Origin: Eledone cirrhosa
Lineage: Eukaryota
Length of the DNA stretch: 64,000 bases
NCBI GenBank assembly: GCA_964016885.1
Contig: OZ024748.1
Span: 4,278,001 to 4,342,000 of the forward strand
Direction of reading: 5' to 3'
Each line of letters begins with the position of its first letter. The stretch's first letter is position 1. This document shows, piece by piece, positions 17,515 to 31,885 of the stretch. A program made the position numbers and the translations under genes. The notes under the pieces are model-generated. The model worked only from the letters and a program-made list of their open reading frames with translations, was not told where the DNA came from and made no database searches.

Positions 17515-17517
<3 letters not shown>
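17283..17517 (-). mobile_element. 3' end of a retroposon (tail GGCAGCCACCAT)
   Basis: Reverse complement matches 29610-29776, and both copies end at the same base next to a microsatellite. Confidence 0.65.
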
Positions 17518-17546
<29 letters not shown>

Positions 17547-17748
17547 GGAGTAAGTAAGACCCCGACGGCTGAGCTCAAGCCGTTTCGACGGCTAATTCTG
17601 TACTGGAATTGAGTACAGAATTAGCCGTCGAAACGGCTTGAGCTCAGCCGTCGTGGTCTTACTTACTCCTATTACCCACTCTACTACCCTAAGTATTGAG
17701 TACTTTGGTGCGTTATGGTCCACCTGGTTCCTTACCACTTTTCCTTCG

Positions 17749-17750
<2 letters not shown>
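17547..17750 (+). mobile_element. Family C fold-back element
   Basis: Inverted arms around the centre CTGTACTGGAATTGAGTACAG, then GAAACGGCTTGAGCTCAGCCGTC and the shared tail. (TA)n flanks. Confidence 0.8.
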
Positions 17751-17835
<85 letters not shown>

Positions 17836-18088
17836 CACACATATATATATATATATATACATATATACACACAAGAGGTCACCATATACATATGCACACT
17901 TGGTTTTGTAAGTTGATGTGTTTTCTCTATGCACATCTGTCTGCTTTGCACGTTTTATGTCTCAGTATCTACGACACATCTTAGACGTAAGATCTGTCTT
18001 ACTAAATTTGTCAATTTTCTTAGTATATTATACACACCTCAACGAATGCATGTCTATTTGTAAATAGTTAAACATACACATGACTGTA

Positions 18089-18135
<47 letters not shown>

Positions 18136-18347
18136 TCTTACACATTTTTGTCTTGTCCGAATTGTGTACGTGTTTGTATATATGTGTATATGTATGTGAG
18201 TATATATGTGTATACATGTATGTGTATAGTCCTGTATTCTTATTATTTTGGTTTGTATATACTATGTAGAGTTCGTAGTGTAGTTATTTCGCTGGAATGG
18301 GTGTTTATACTTTGTAACACTACGTAATATGTATGTATATATATACA

Positions 18348-18447
<100 letters not shown>

Positions 18448-18448
18448 C

Positions 18449-18482
<34 letters not shown>

Positions 18483-18556
18483 AACTAGGTAGTATGTGTG
18501 GTTTGTGTGATTGGACGAGTGTGTATGTGATTGAGTGTATATGTGTATGTTTATTT

Positions 18557-18587
<31 letters not shown>

Positions 18588-18970
18588 CGTATGCGTGTGC
18601 GCGCGTGTGTGTGTGTGTGTGCGTGTGTCAAAATTGATCAAACATTTTATCGGTTTGGATCAGGAATTTTATACAAAACCTACCCCTAGCCACCCCTTCA
18701 CCACTGGCCTCACCAACACCGCCATCTTCTCTTTCGACATGCAGAACAATTTTTAGAAAACCAGGAACCAGCTGTCACACAATAACAACGTATTCATCAA
18801 TCATACCCACAATGCATTTGAAGTTCTATACTCCTAAACAGGCGTGTATAACACACATGGTATATATCTGCCGGTGTATATATTACCTTCTGAAGACATC
18901 CTTGCTTAAATTAAGCGTCTTCGGGGTGTTTTTGAGAAGGAAGAGTCTTCGTACCGTTTTTTGTTTTCGT

Positions 18971-19037
<67 letters not shown>

Positions 19038-19053
19038 ATATATATGTATATAC

Positions 19054-19110
<57 letters not shown>

Positions 19111-19123
19111 TATATACGTATAT

Positions 19124-19186
<63 letters not shown>

Positions 19187-19188
<2 letters not shown>

Positions 19189-19391
19189 AACGAGTAGGAC
19201 CCCGACGGCTGAGCTCAAGCCGTTTCGACGGCTAATTCTGGACGCTAATTCTGGCGTCCAGAATTAGCCGTCGAAACGGCTTGAGCTCAGCCGTCGGGGT
19301 CCTACTCGTTCCTATTATCCACTCTACTACCCTAAATATTGAGTACTTTGGTGCGTTATGGTCCATCTGGTTCCTTACCACATTTCCTTCG

Positions 19392-19394
<3 letters not shown>
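19187..19394 (+). mobile_element. Family C fold-back element
   Basis: Near-perfect ~60-bp arms around GACGCTAATTCTGGCGTC, then the shared tail. (TA)n flanks. Confidence 0.8.
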
Positions 19395-19455
<61 letters not shown>

Positions 19456-19490
19456 ACATACATTATACACATTATATGTTTTCTTATTTT

Positions 19491-19527
<37 letters not shown>

Positions 19528-19929
19528 TGGTTATTTAGTTGTTTATATTTATGGGGTTTTTTTCTCATGCAAGTTTCTCCCAACAGAGGGCGTTCGAAAC
19601 AAGTGTACCTTCTGGGAGAGATTGGTTTATTTTGAACTTCTGAACACTAACAGAAGAGATAATGTTTTGGACAATAAAAACCGTAAAACACTTGCTTGAT
19701 TTTTTTTTATCATAAAACAATTGCTAAAAGAATAATTAAATATTATAAACATAGAATACAAAACAACAAAAGCAAACAAACATATATATATATATATTAT
19801 TGTTATTAATTATACTCCGGAAAAACTGTTGAGTGCTTCTAATATGTTATAAATTAAACCTGTTGAATAATCAACAAAACAAATAACTCATTGTTTATAT
19901 ATATATGTATTTATATATATATATATATA

Positions 19930-20088
19930 GTAATAATAATAAATGCGAAGCCTAAAATCCAAAGAGGGCTCGATAAGGGTGAAAGTAGGGACAGGGTGGT
20001 GTTTCTGCTAGTACTTAATAATTGTCTCTACATTTGGAACAAGGCCAGTAATCTTTGCTTATACTTTCATCTGTTATTTTAATAAATA
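19930..20088 (+). mobile_element. Family B element, internally deleted, with a SINE-tail insert
   Basis: Starts GTAATAATAATAAATGCGAAGCCTAAAATCCAAAGAGGGCTCGATAAGG and ends ATCTTTGCTTATACTTTCATCTGTTATTTTAATAAAT. Confidence 0.65.
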
Positions 20089-20110
20089 TACATATATATG
20101 AATTTATAGA

Positions 20111-20277
20111 CCGTATTTCCCGGTTCCGAAGACACTTCGTCCTTGACGACGCACCCTAATTTTGACAACCAAAATTTGAAAAAAAATAATAAACAAACTT
20201 TGGCATCCAGGAGGCATTGTAGATTTTTGAGACTTATTTTAGGGAAAAAGTAGCGTGTTCGACGTCAGGAAATATGT
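20111..20277 (+). mobile_element. TcMar-like MITE
   Basis: Imperfect TIRs CCGTATTTCC / GGAAATATGT, with TA at the right flank. Confidence 0.45.
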
Positions 20278-20294
20278 TATATATATATATATGA

Positions 20295-20580
20295 GTGAGT
20301 CTCAGACCCGTACAGCAGCACAGACTCCACTACAGCAACGAAGAGGTGGATCTTCAGGTCCTTACGAAGGTCCGGCTTCCACACCGATCTCAAGCTGTGG
20401 CACGCCGCCACCTCATCTTCCGTATTCCCAATCTTTGGAAGAGGAAAACCGAGGTTCACATATGTTGATGCCCTAAGGACAGATATTGGTCTGTTGGAGA
20501 CGCAGGAGATGGCAGCGATAATGAGGGACAGAGACCGCTGGAGAGTACTCGTCCATGGATCTCGGGAATTTTACCCGCCC
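20295..20580. mobile_element. 5'-inverted RTE-clade LINE fragment
   Basis: Minus strand 20295-20390 encodes VWKPDLRKDLKIHLFVAVVESVLLYGSET (RT thumb region). Plus strand 20437-20580 encodes GRGKPRFTYVDALRTDIGLLETQEMAAIMRDRDRWR (RTE C-terminus). Confidence 0.75.
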
Positions 20581-20887
20581 TATATATATATAAACTATAA
20601 TAAAGTAAGGAGTGCGGGATTGCGTACGGTTTATAATTTTTTATCATATTAGTAAAATAAGTTGGATTAGTTTGAATAAATATTGAATGAATATTACATA
20701 ATTTATCTACTAAATTTCCTGGCTGTTGATTAAATATATTTTGCTTATTTAAAGATTCACTTCTTTAAAATTTCTGAAATGTCAACACTTCCGGTTGGCC
20801 ATTGCTTAAATAAACATACTAATTGTCTGTCACTAATTTTCTCCTAATGCAGTTTATATATAATATCGTCTTTTTCTGCTAGTACTT

Positions 20888-20986
20888 AATAATTGTCTCT
20901 ACATTTGGAACAAAGCCAGTAATTATCCCAGTGCATTACTGGTACTTTATTTTATCGACCCCGTAAGGATGAAAGGCAAAGTTAAC
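20888..20986 (-). mobile_element. SINE1 3' fragment
   Basis: CTGGTACTTTATTTTATCGACCCCGTAAGGATGAAAGGCAAAGTTAAC core. Confidence 0.8.
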
Positions 20987-21320
20987 ACTTAATAATAAAT
21001 GAAACAATGTTGTGTATGTTGCTTTTTTGTTTTATGTATATCTGTCCCTATGTAAATATGGGATGAACATTTTTCAGGAGTCTAAAGAGAACCGACTTTT
21101 TGAGATGAGAATACAACTTTCTGTTTAATCATACGTTTATTTTTTTATCTGCCTATTTATTCGTCTATTTATTCATTTATTTGTTTGTTTATTCATTTAT
21201 TTGTTTATTTGCTTATTTAATTGTTTGTTTCATGTTTTATGAGAAAGAAGCGTAAATTGAAAGTGAAAGTTACTGTAGAATTGTCAGTGGATGTGGCATT
21301 GAATGTGTTGCTATATAATA

Positions 21321-21340
21321 AGGTCAGTGACCTATGACCT
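21321..21340. promoter_or_regulatory. Candidate nuclear-receptor element (IR1 plus DR1)
   Basis: AGGTCA-g-TGACCT-a-TGACCT, three perfect half-sites in apparently unique sequence. Confidence 0.3.
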
Positions 21341-21554
21341 TCCACCGATGACCGATAGCCAACGACCGAATGATCATGATACCAAAGACAAAAGAAGAAG
21401 AAGAAAAATGAAATAAATATAAACAAGAAAACCAAAGACCAATACCAAACCACACACGCACACACACACACAAACACACATACACACACTCTCTCTCTCA
21501 AACACACACACTCACACACTCACGCACACACACGCACTCACACACACACACACA

Positions 21555-21586
<32 letters not shown>

Positions 21587-21919
21587 TACACACACTCAGA
21601 CAAGAATCCCATAACAAATCGATTAGATAACAAACTGAGAAACAGGAAAGATCGAAGCCGAATAATAATAACTAGAATCTGATGAAGCTTGTGATGATTT
21701 TCATCGATAAAAACATCATTTATCTATTTCCTTATTTATTTATTATAGCCAACAAGAGAAAGTCTCTGAGTCGCCTTGCCTGCAGGAAATATCGGCCTGA
21801 CACCTCTCCAAGAACCACAGCATTTTGCCTTTCATCGATAAAATAAAGCCCCAGTAACGTACTGGGGTCGATTTAATCGACTTTCCTCTCCCCCCCAAAT
21901 TACTGGCCTTGTGCCTATA

Positions 21920-22112
21920 GGATTGGCAGTATCGGTAGAAAGTCGGACGCCATGCTTTGAAGCATAGAGTTACGTCCCTTTATGATCTGAGTTCAAATCC
22001 CGCCGAGGTTAACTTTGCCTTTTTATCCTTACGAGGTCGATAAAATAAAGTACCAGTAATGCACTGGGTATTTGCTGGCCTTGTGCCTAAAGTAGAAACA
22101 ATTATTATTATT
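21920..22112 (+). mobile_element. SINE1, tRNA-derived, near full length
   Basis: A-box-like TGGCAGTATCGG, B box GAGTTCAAATCC, core GCCTTTYATCCTTACGRGGTCGATAAAATAAAGTACCAG, and (ATT)n tail. Confidence 0.85.
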
Positions 22113-22186
22113 AATTTATTATGATAATATTATTATCATTATTATTAATTTTCTAAAGAAGAAATAATTATTATAGTAGGAAAATA

Positions 22187-22224
22187 GACTTAACGCTTCG
22201 GAAATTAAACCTTCATCAGAAAAC
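22187..22224 (-). ncRNA. Decayed minimal hammerhead (PLE type)
   Basis: Minus strand reads GTTTT-CTGATGAAGG-TTTAATTT-CCGAAGCGTT-AAGTC, one substitution from CTGATGAAGG..CCGAAACGTT. Confidence 0.4.
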
Positions 22225-22707
22225 AGAATAACATGTTCAAAGAAGCAATAGAAAGATAGGGGAGAAGGAGAAGAGGAAAGAGATAGAACTTTTTTTTCGA
22301 GAAAAAAAACACGACAGTGATCAGTTCACAATAGAAACTGTTCAGACTTAGTAGTTCGGCATTCTATGCTATAATAATACTAGTTTTTAATTTAGTCGAG
22401 GTGTAGGGAATGTCGATTATATTGATTCAGTACTTAACTGGTACTTTATTTTATCGATTTCGGGAGGATGACCGGCAGAGATGATATTGGTAGGATTTGA
22501 ACATAGTTTGTAAAAACACGAAAGAAATAAAACGGCCAAACATTTTTCCGACATTCCAACCACTCGTGCCAATTCGTGTGTGTGTATGTGTGTATGTATA
22601 TATGTTTATATATATATATGTATATATATATGTGTGTGTGTGTGTGAGTGTACGTACTATATATATATATATATACATATATAATATGTATATGTTTATA
22701 TATATAT

Positions 22708-22772
<65 letters not shown>

Positions 22773-23123
22773 TTATATATATAAATATTATATATATATA
22801 TGTATATATATAAATATTATATATATATATGTATATATATGTATATGTTTATATATATATGTTATATATATATATATATATATATAAATATATAATATAT
22901 ATAATGTTCGATAATTGCTATTTATTGATCCAGTACATTTGATACCATCCTACTTTTTCAAGTCAATATGTAAATAGACTTTACAGCGGTTCGTTTCCAC
23001 TCAACCGAGAATCTGTCTGTTCTGGGGTCATGCCTTGTGCCACTTCCAAAGATAACATTATTATGATTATTATTAATATTGGTATTTCTTATCTTCTTAG
23101 GTAAGTTTTCACTATTATGTACA

Positions 23124-23175
<52 letters not shown>

Positions 23176-23275
23176 ACATGCATATACATATATATATATA
23201 TATATATGCATTTAAAATTTCTTAGTATTTAAAACATAATTTGAAATGAATAAACAAGCAATTATATACACACAC

Positions 23276-23307
<32 letters not shown>

Positions 23308-23342
23308 TATGTGTGTGTGTGTGCATACATATGTGTGTGTGC

Positions 23343-23373
<31 letters not shown>

Positions 23374-23439
23374 AAGAGAGGGAGAGAGATAATATAAACA
23401 GCGTATAATATATAGTTTGACAGTCAATGTACACCAGTA

Positions 23440-23590
23440 GCTCAGAAAAACACATCACAACACAGCAAGTAAAGTCTGTTGGACACTCTGTGGCAGATAT
23501 GCAATTGGCAGAGCAGAAAAGTGGTACAAACATAACATTGGGGGTTGTTATCGAAAATGATGATGTAAAGACCCTGTGGGACTTTGTGGG
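23440..23590 (+). pseudogene. R4/Dong-like non-LTR retrotransposon fragment
   Basis: Frameshifted translation WTLCGRYAIGRAEKWYKHNI / VVIENDDVKTLWDF matches the HWxLCxxY...KWYxH...VxENDxxKxLWDF segment preceding the RLE domain. Confidence 0.7.
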
Positions 23591-23592
23591 GA

Positions 23593-23735
23593 CTGGTACT
23601 TTATTTTATCGACTCAGTAAGGATGAAAGATAAAGCTAACTTCAGCGGGGGGGTTGCACTCAGAACGTAAAGGGCCATAACTCTATGGCGCTAAGCATGT
23701 TAGCCGACGTTCTTCTGACACCACAAATCCACCAC
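23593..23735 (-). mobile_element. SINE1 copy
   Basis: Reverse complement of the SINE1 head and core. Confidence 0.7.
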
Positions 23736-23738
23736 CCT

Positions 23739-23807
<69 letters not shown>

Positions 23808-24379
23808 GACGACGACGACGACGACGACTACTACTACTACTACACTACTACTACTACTACTACTGTGAAATGTAGATATGGCGCCGTCCCATTTGAGAAG
23901 TTTCTGTGTAGAGGAAGAAATAATCTTGAGGAATGGAGGTTATTGGGATCAGCCGGGGTTAGAAACCGTCGTCCTGTATAAGATATATACTCACACTCAT
24001 ACACACGTGCACATATACACATATACATAGACATACCCTCTCTCATGTATAGATATACTGATACATATACATTCATATACACACGTACACATATACAGAC
24101 ATATACACATATACACAGCATACCCTTGCTCAAGCATATATATATATATATACTAATACATATTCATACACACGTACACAGACATTCTCTCTCTCACGCA
24201 TAGATATACTCATACATATACATTCACATACACACGAACACAAGCGTACACATTCTTGCTCTCTCGCAAACACATTCTTATACATACACATATACACATA
24301 TATACAAGCACAATCTCTCTCTCAGAAACACGTACACACATACACAGACATGCACACATATAAATATACACATTCACAT

Positions 24380-24493
<114 letters not shown>

Positions 24494-24614
24494 CAACATA
24501 CATACACACACAAACACACAACATTGATGGTCGTTTCAAATAACAATTGACGCTTTCAAAAAAACCAAATCAATATTGGTGGAGTTTTGGGTGTCAGGAT
24601 GATGGAGATTCTTG

Positions 24615-24992
24615 GGTGGTGGCGGTGGTGGTAGTATGGGGGGATGTGGTAGTTATTGTAGTGGTGGTGGTGGTGGTGGTGGTAGTATGGGGGGATGTGG
24701 TAGTTATTGTAGTGGTGGTGGTGGTGGTAGTATGGGGAGATGTGGTAGTTATTGTAGTGGTGGTGGTGTTGGTGGTAGTATGGGGAGATGTGGTAGTTAT
24801 TGTAGTGGTGGTGGTGGTGGTGTTGGTAGTATGGGGGGATGTGGTAGTTATTGTAGTGGTGGTGGTGGTGGTGTTGGTGGTAGTATGGGGAGATGTGTTA
24901 GTTATTGTAGTGGTGGTGGTGGTGTTGGTGGTAGTATGGGGAGATGTGGTAGTTATTGTAGTGGTGGTGGTGGTGTTGGTGGTAGTATGGGG
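24615..24992. repeat. Minisatellite with a 42-48 bp unit
   Basis: GTAGTATGGGGRGATGTGGTAGTTATTGTA(GTG)n repeated about 8 times. Confidence 0.9.
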
Positions 24993-25111
24993 AAGCTGTT
25001 ATAGTTATTGTGGTGATGGTTGTGGTTGTGGAGGCGATAGTGGTTCTGAATATATATGCATATACATAAACATATACGTATATCCATGCATACATAGACA
25101 CACAGATACAC

Positions 25112-25165
<54 letters not shown>

Positions 25166-25205
25166 ATACTTTGGGAGGGTCATGTTGCCAATAAATTCAG
25201 AAACG

Positions 25206-25273
<68 letters not shown>

Positions 25274-25399
25274 AATATATATATACATATATATATGTAT
25301 ATAAACGCACAATGATAGTTAAAATTTTACTTAGCGCAGGTGCTCCTTTCGCGGACAATAGCCCTGTGGGTATATATATATATGTATATATGTATATAC

Positions 25400-25481
<82 letters not shown>

Positions 25482-26288
25482 GAAAAATGGCGAGCTGTGT
25501 TGTTGCAAATATGATATATATAATAAAGAATTAGAAATAGAAGATACATATATATATATACATATATATCTACATATATATACATATATATATATACATA
25601 TATATCTACATATATATACATATATATATATATACATACATACATATATACATAGATGCATATGTGTGTGTATGTATATTAGTGTGTATGTATTAGTGTG
25701 TATGTATTAGTGTGTATGTATATTAGTGTATGCATATGTGTGTATGTATGTATATTAGTGTGTGCTGGAATAAGTAGTTGGGTGGTTGGTAGTCTAAGCT
25801 GTTTGCTTATTGAATGTCTCTATATATATATATCTATGGGTGGTGTGCTGTGAGATTGAAACCGTGGTGCAGGTGTTTGGGGAATAAACGCAGACATATA
25901 TATACAACTGACCTTTGAAGGCCACAATAAAACAGAGTCAACTATTTCATCTTAACCAGAAACCTACATTAAACATCGATGGCGACGATGATAATGGTGA
26001 TGACGATGATGATAATGGTTATGATGATGATGATGTTGATGATGATGATAATGGTGATGATGATAAAGGCGATGCTGATGATCATAATGATGATGATGGT
26101 TATGATAATGATGATGATGGTTATGATAATGATAATGAAGATGATGATGGTGATGATGTATTGGGAATTAGTGAGTAAGTAAGAAGCGTGTTAGTAAGTT
26201 TAGTTGTTTAAAACAAGGTAACATCAACAGTGAGATCTAAGCTGATTATTGGATTGTACAAAGTTGTTTTTTTATGTATATATATGTA

Positions 26289-26337
<49 letters not shown>

Positions 26338-26348
26338 ATATATATGTG

Positions 26349-26380
<32 letters not shown>

Positions 26381-26404
26381 CATACACACATACTCACACG
26401 CACA

Positions 26405-26493
<89 letters not shown>

Positions 26494-27002
26494 TATATCT
26501 ATCTATATATATATTTATATATATGTATAATATTATCCCAGTAATACTTAAACGAAATATTTCGTATTAAAATCTATAAAATACAAAACACAATACCTCA
26601 GCATAACACACAAAGAAAGGCGATCAAAGCAAGAAAAATCTAGAAAAAAATATATATATATTCTAATATCGTAAATAAAAATAAAATCAAAATGGTGGAA
26701 AAATATTTTTGGTTTTGATATTTTAAATATATATATTTTTTGTTGTTGTCATGGCAATATTCTTTGAGATGTTAAGAAATAATATATCAGTATCAGAATG
26801 GTCCGAAAAACATCCGATTATCTTCTCAGATAATCTTGGAAGAGAGAGAAAAAAATTTCCCATAATTCATTGATGGTCTTAGAATACAGACGATATATTT
26901 TTAACTGGCTTTTGTGCTGTAATATCTTGTATTGTTTTCTCGTTGTTGTTGGGTGAATTGTTTGTTCAAATATATATATATATATATATGTATGTATATG
27001 TA

Positions 27003-27068
<66 letters not shown>

Positions 27069-27164
27069 TATATATGTATGTATATGTATATATATATACA
27101 TCCACATATATATACATATGTATTCATATATATATATAATATATGAATATATTGTATATGTGTA

Positions 27165-27215
<51 letters not shown>

Positions 27216-27528
27216 TATATATATATATGAATATATATATGAATATATATACATATATATGAATATATATATATATGAATATATATGTATATATCTATAT
27301 ATATATATGCGTGTGCATGTTTGTGTGTGTGCGTGTATGTGTGTATGTATGTGAGTGTGTGTGTGGTGTGTGTGTGTATATACACACATTCACACACTGA
27401 CACACACATATATAATGTGTTGTTGTCGTTTTTGTAGGCGCTGTCCATTGTGATTCATTTATTTTTTTTTAATATTCCTCATCCATTTTCCTGATATTCA
27501 TATTCATATATATATATATATATATATA

Positions 27529-28107
<579 letters not shown>

Positions 28108-28143
28108 TATATATATATATAGAAAGATACATAGATAGATAGC

Positions 28144-28178
<35 letters not shown>

Positions 28179-28179
28179 T

Positions 28180-28305
28180 AAGTAAGTATGTTTTGAAAAA
28201 GTGACCAGGTTTGAAATTAGAAAATAGAATAGCTTTCAACGTATTTATCTGAGGGTTCTAAACCCCATTATCAGGCTAAAAATTCCTTTAGTCAAAAATA
28301 CGGTG

Positions 28306-28308
<3 letters not shown>
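28180..28308. mobile_element. Family D rearranged fragment
   Basis: Shares GAGGGTTCTAAACC..TATCAGGCTAAAA..TTTAGTCAA..AATACGG with 58760-58810, and carries an inverted end. Confidence 0.6.
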
Positions 28309-28344
<36 letters not shown>

Positions 28345-28475
28345 TACATATATATAGAAAGATAGATAGCTATGTATATATATATATATATTGAGTATAT
28401 GTTGGTTGTTTACAGTACATCTTTAATAAACGAAGCCAAATTTTAAATATTTGACTTAATTATTTTATATATATA

Positions 28476-28678
28476 TATTAAAATAACAGATTAAAGTTTA
28501 AGTAAAGAACTTCTGAAACTGGTTTCAGAAGATCCCGTTAAGGGTGAAAGCAGTGATTCTTTGCTTAAACTTTAACCTGTTATTTTAATAAATATTTGCT
28601 CTACGGTTCTTATATATCTGATATATATTTATTCTTATCGAGCCCTCTTTGGATTTTAGTCTTCAAATTTATTATTAT

Positions 28679-28682
<4 letters not shown>
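28476..28682. mobile_element. Family B fold-back element, opposite orientation
   Basis: Centre TTCTGAAACTGGTTTCAGAA. Ends with the reverse complement of the family 5' end (CCCTCTTTGGATTTTAGTCTTCAAATTTATTATTATTAC). Confidence 0.8.
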
Positions 28683-28744
<62 letters not shown>

Positions 28745-28837
28745 ATGGAAAAATTTGAACAGGGACAAAACAGAGAGGCAGTACAACGAATGTTTATTAA
28801 TTTCACGCTCTGGAGAGTTGTGTGTGTGTGTATATAT

Positions 28838-28897
<60 letters not shown>

Positions 28898-29044
28898 CGA
28901 ATTAACTGAGACTGCGTAAATGTATATAGATTTACTCATTCTTATTCTATAGACATGTAAACATGCCAAATATACGTATTTTCTCGGTAAAGAAGTGATA
29001 AAAACATTTAATCGATTTTCGAATCATATTTGTTGTATATTTGA

Positions 29045-29112
<68 letters not shown>

Positions 29113-29115
29113 GTG

Positions 29116-29322
29116 GCTCAAGCCCAGAAATTTGAAGGGAAGGGGAAAGTCGATGAAATCGACCTCAGTACATAACTGGTACTTCATTTTATCGACCGCG
29201 AAAGAATAAAAGGCAAAGCTAACCTCGGCGAGATTTGAACTCAGAAACTAAACGTACGTAACTAACAATATGCTTCAAAGCATATTGTCCTACGCCCTAC
29301 CTATTCTGCCAAACCAACGCCA
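29116..29322 (-). mobile_element. SINE1-related copy
   Basis: CTGGTACTTCATTTTATCGAC...GATTTGAACTCAG. Confidence 0.7.
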
Positions 29323-29609
29323 TTATGAGGTGGATAAAGGGGAGTGGGGACGTTGGAGGTAGGATGGAGTGGCATAGAGGGTCATTTGCTGGGTTGCAGG
29401 GAGGATGAACTAGGATGAAAGTCCACAAGAGGCAGGGTAGGGATGTAGTTCACCTAAGTGAATTATATTATATATAGCTGCTAGCGATAGTTTTATAGAG
29501 TTTAGTTTTATGACAATGGAGTCAGTGTAAATTGTAAAGATAGGTATATATATATATCTACATCTGGATCTACATCTGTTACTTTCTGTGTATGTATGTA
29601 TGTATGTAT

Positions 29610-29776
29610 GGGCCCAGCACTATGTGTCAATAATTGTCACAAGTGTAGTGTTTGTACCAGAGTTTTCAAGTCGCTGGCTGGACTAAAAAGTCACACTTGT
29701 TTAGCGCATCGGTAGGGGTTCCCCTACATGGATATAAAGTAGTGGCCGTACTCGAAAACGAGTTGGCAGCCACCAT
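29610..29776 (+). mobile_element. 3' end of a retroposon in (GTAT)n
   Basis: Homologous to 17283-17450. Ends CTCGAAAACGAGTTGGCAGCCACCAT-(GTAT)n. Confidence 0.65.
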
Positions 29777-29825
29777 GTATGTATGTATGTATGTATGTAT
29801 GTATGTATGTATGTATGTATGTATG

Positions 29826-29858
<33 letters not shown>

Positions 29859-29860
29859 CA

Positions 29861-30006
29861 GACAGCTAGATCCGAACTAGCTGTCGAAACGGCTGGAGCT
29901 CAGCCGTCGGGTCCTGACTCTTTTCTTATTACACACTCTACTACCCTAAGTATCGAGTCCTCTGGTACTTTATGGTCCACCTCGTATCTTACCACACCTT
30001 CTTTGC

Positions 30007-30007
<1 letters not shown>
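29861..30007 (+). mobile_element. Family C subfamily copy without fold-back
   Basis: GACAGCTAG-ATCCGAA-CTAGCTGTC-GAAAC-GGCT-GGAGCTC-AGCC-GTC-GGGTCC plus the tail. Confidence 0.75.
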
Positions 30008-30043
<36 letters not shown>

Positions 30044-30044
30044 G

Positions 30045-30180
30045 AAGAAAATAATTTTTGGAGTCACTGTAGTATATGAAACAAGATGTTGACAATTGAG
30101 AACGACACTACAGTTATCTCTACTACTCCCACCACTACCTAAAACCACCACCACCACCTACAACCACCACCACCACCACC
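30045..30180 (+). repeat. ~135-bp segment duplicated at 31965-32100
   Basis: AAGAAAATAATTTTTGGAGTCACTG...CCTACAACCACC appears identical at both sites, 1920 bp apart. Confidence 0.9.
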
Positions 30181-30230
30181 ACCACCTACAACCACCACCA
30201 CCACCACCACCACCACCACCACCACCACCA

Positions 30231-30291
<61 letters not shown>

Positions 30292-30544
30292 TTAAAAAGT
30301 GACAAAGCCGCTGTGAGGTTAATAATAAATATTATTTAGAAAACGTAAGAGAAACACAAACATAAAAACAAGGACAATTCCCACTCGTCGGCTGTCTTCT
30401 GTGGATCACTGATGTTTCGAACGCATTAAAGACAGTACATCTCCCCACAGTACGTTGATAACCAGGAGGACTAGCTCTCTGGAGAAAAGAAGAAAAAAAA
30501 ACGATAACAAAGAAATCGACAAATACAGAAAACACATAGGAAAC

Positions 30545-31160
30545 ATAAGCACACACACTCCCACATTTAAATACATAGAGAGACGCACACATACGCACAC
30601 ATTTAAATACATAGGGAGACGTACACATATGCACACACATGCTCACACATTTAAATTCACAGAGACGCACACATACGCACACATTTCAATACATAGAGAA
30701 ACGCGCGCCACACACACACACACATACGCACACATATAAATACATAGAGAGACGCACACATACACACACACATGCTCACATTTAAATACACAGAAAGACA
30801 CACACACACACACACACACACACTCCCACATTTAAATACACAGAGAGACGCACACTTAGGCACACATTTAAATACACAGAGACGCACACATACGCGCACA
30901 TACGAACACACACTCCAACATTTAAATACACAAAGAAACACATACATACGCACACATACACACACATTTAAATACACACATACGCACGCACATGCTCTCC
31001 CATTTAAATACACAAAGAAACACATACATAAGCACACATACACACATTTAAATACACAATGAAACACATACATATGCACACATACTCACACATTTAAATA
31101 CACATATACGCACACACATGCTCTCACATTTAAATAGACAAAGAAACACATACATATGCA
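30545..31160. repeat. Degenerate ~40-bp minisatellite (CACATTTAAATACAC core)
   Basis: Recurrent ATTTAAAT embedded in CA-rich units. Confidence 0.8.
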
Positions 31161-31567
31161 CAATCAGATGCACATGTAAACAGTCACACAATAAGCTATA
31201 TGTACAGACTTTTACATTAAGGAACCATTAAGGACACAATTTAATAGATAATGCTTTTAATATGTGATCTTATGATATTCACAATGAGACAATGTCTTCC
31301 TTATGTTAGCCCTCATAATGTGGGTTAACATTAGAGCTAAACACACCCAAAGGGTTAATCATAGACCTATTTTTTGTTTTTTGATGGCATATTGTGTTTT
31401 GGTGGTGAATTGGCGGTAGAGCGGTAGAGCGGTGGTGTGGTGTTCAGTACTTTTTTGGTGGGGTGGTTTTCTTTGGTTATCTGCGGTTTGAAAGGAATAA
31501 CCGAGACTGCAGTGCCCCAGCATGGCCTCAGCCAGATGGCTGGAACAGGTAAAATAGTAAAAGAGTA

Positions 31568-31885
31568 TATGAAGGTCAGCTGAAAAATTCATATACTGTA
31601 AGGATCATAGTCTGACCAAGATACTTTCATGGAATGACAAAATGAAGTTTACTTTTCAACATAGTTCTTGGAAAGAAACACTGCAGTTATTAATAAGAAG
31701 TATTGAAATTAACGCAGCAAGATTTCACAGCTCTAGCATCACTCCTTCACAGGCTGACCAAGATACTCTCATGGAATGACCAAATGAGGTTTATTTTTCC
31801 ACATAGTTCCTGGAAAGAAACAATGCAGTTATTAATAAGAAGAGTTCAGATTAATGGATGCAAGATTTCACAGCCCTAGTATCAA
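31568..31885 (+). mobile_element. Mariner-like terminal fragment with an internal ~140-bp tandem duplication
   Basis: TA-TGAAGGTCAGCTGAAAAATTC start, and CTGACCAAGATACT.TCATGGAATGAC occurs twice. Related copies at 32720-32792 and 33000-33045. Confidence 0.5.

Noticed and set aside
18884-18940. CTGAAGA within a hairpin
   Set aside because: It is a simple stem-loop with no GAAA strand.
24612-25004. Gly/Cys/Ser ORF resembling loricrin or keratin-associated protein
   Set aside because: It is a DNA-level minisatellite with no synonymous-site pattern, and it is open in another frame too.
31340-31360. AAAGGG-TTAA piggyBac-like end
   Set aside because: No matching left end was identified.
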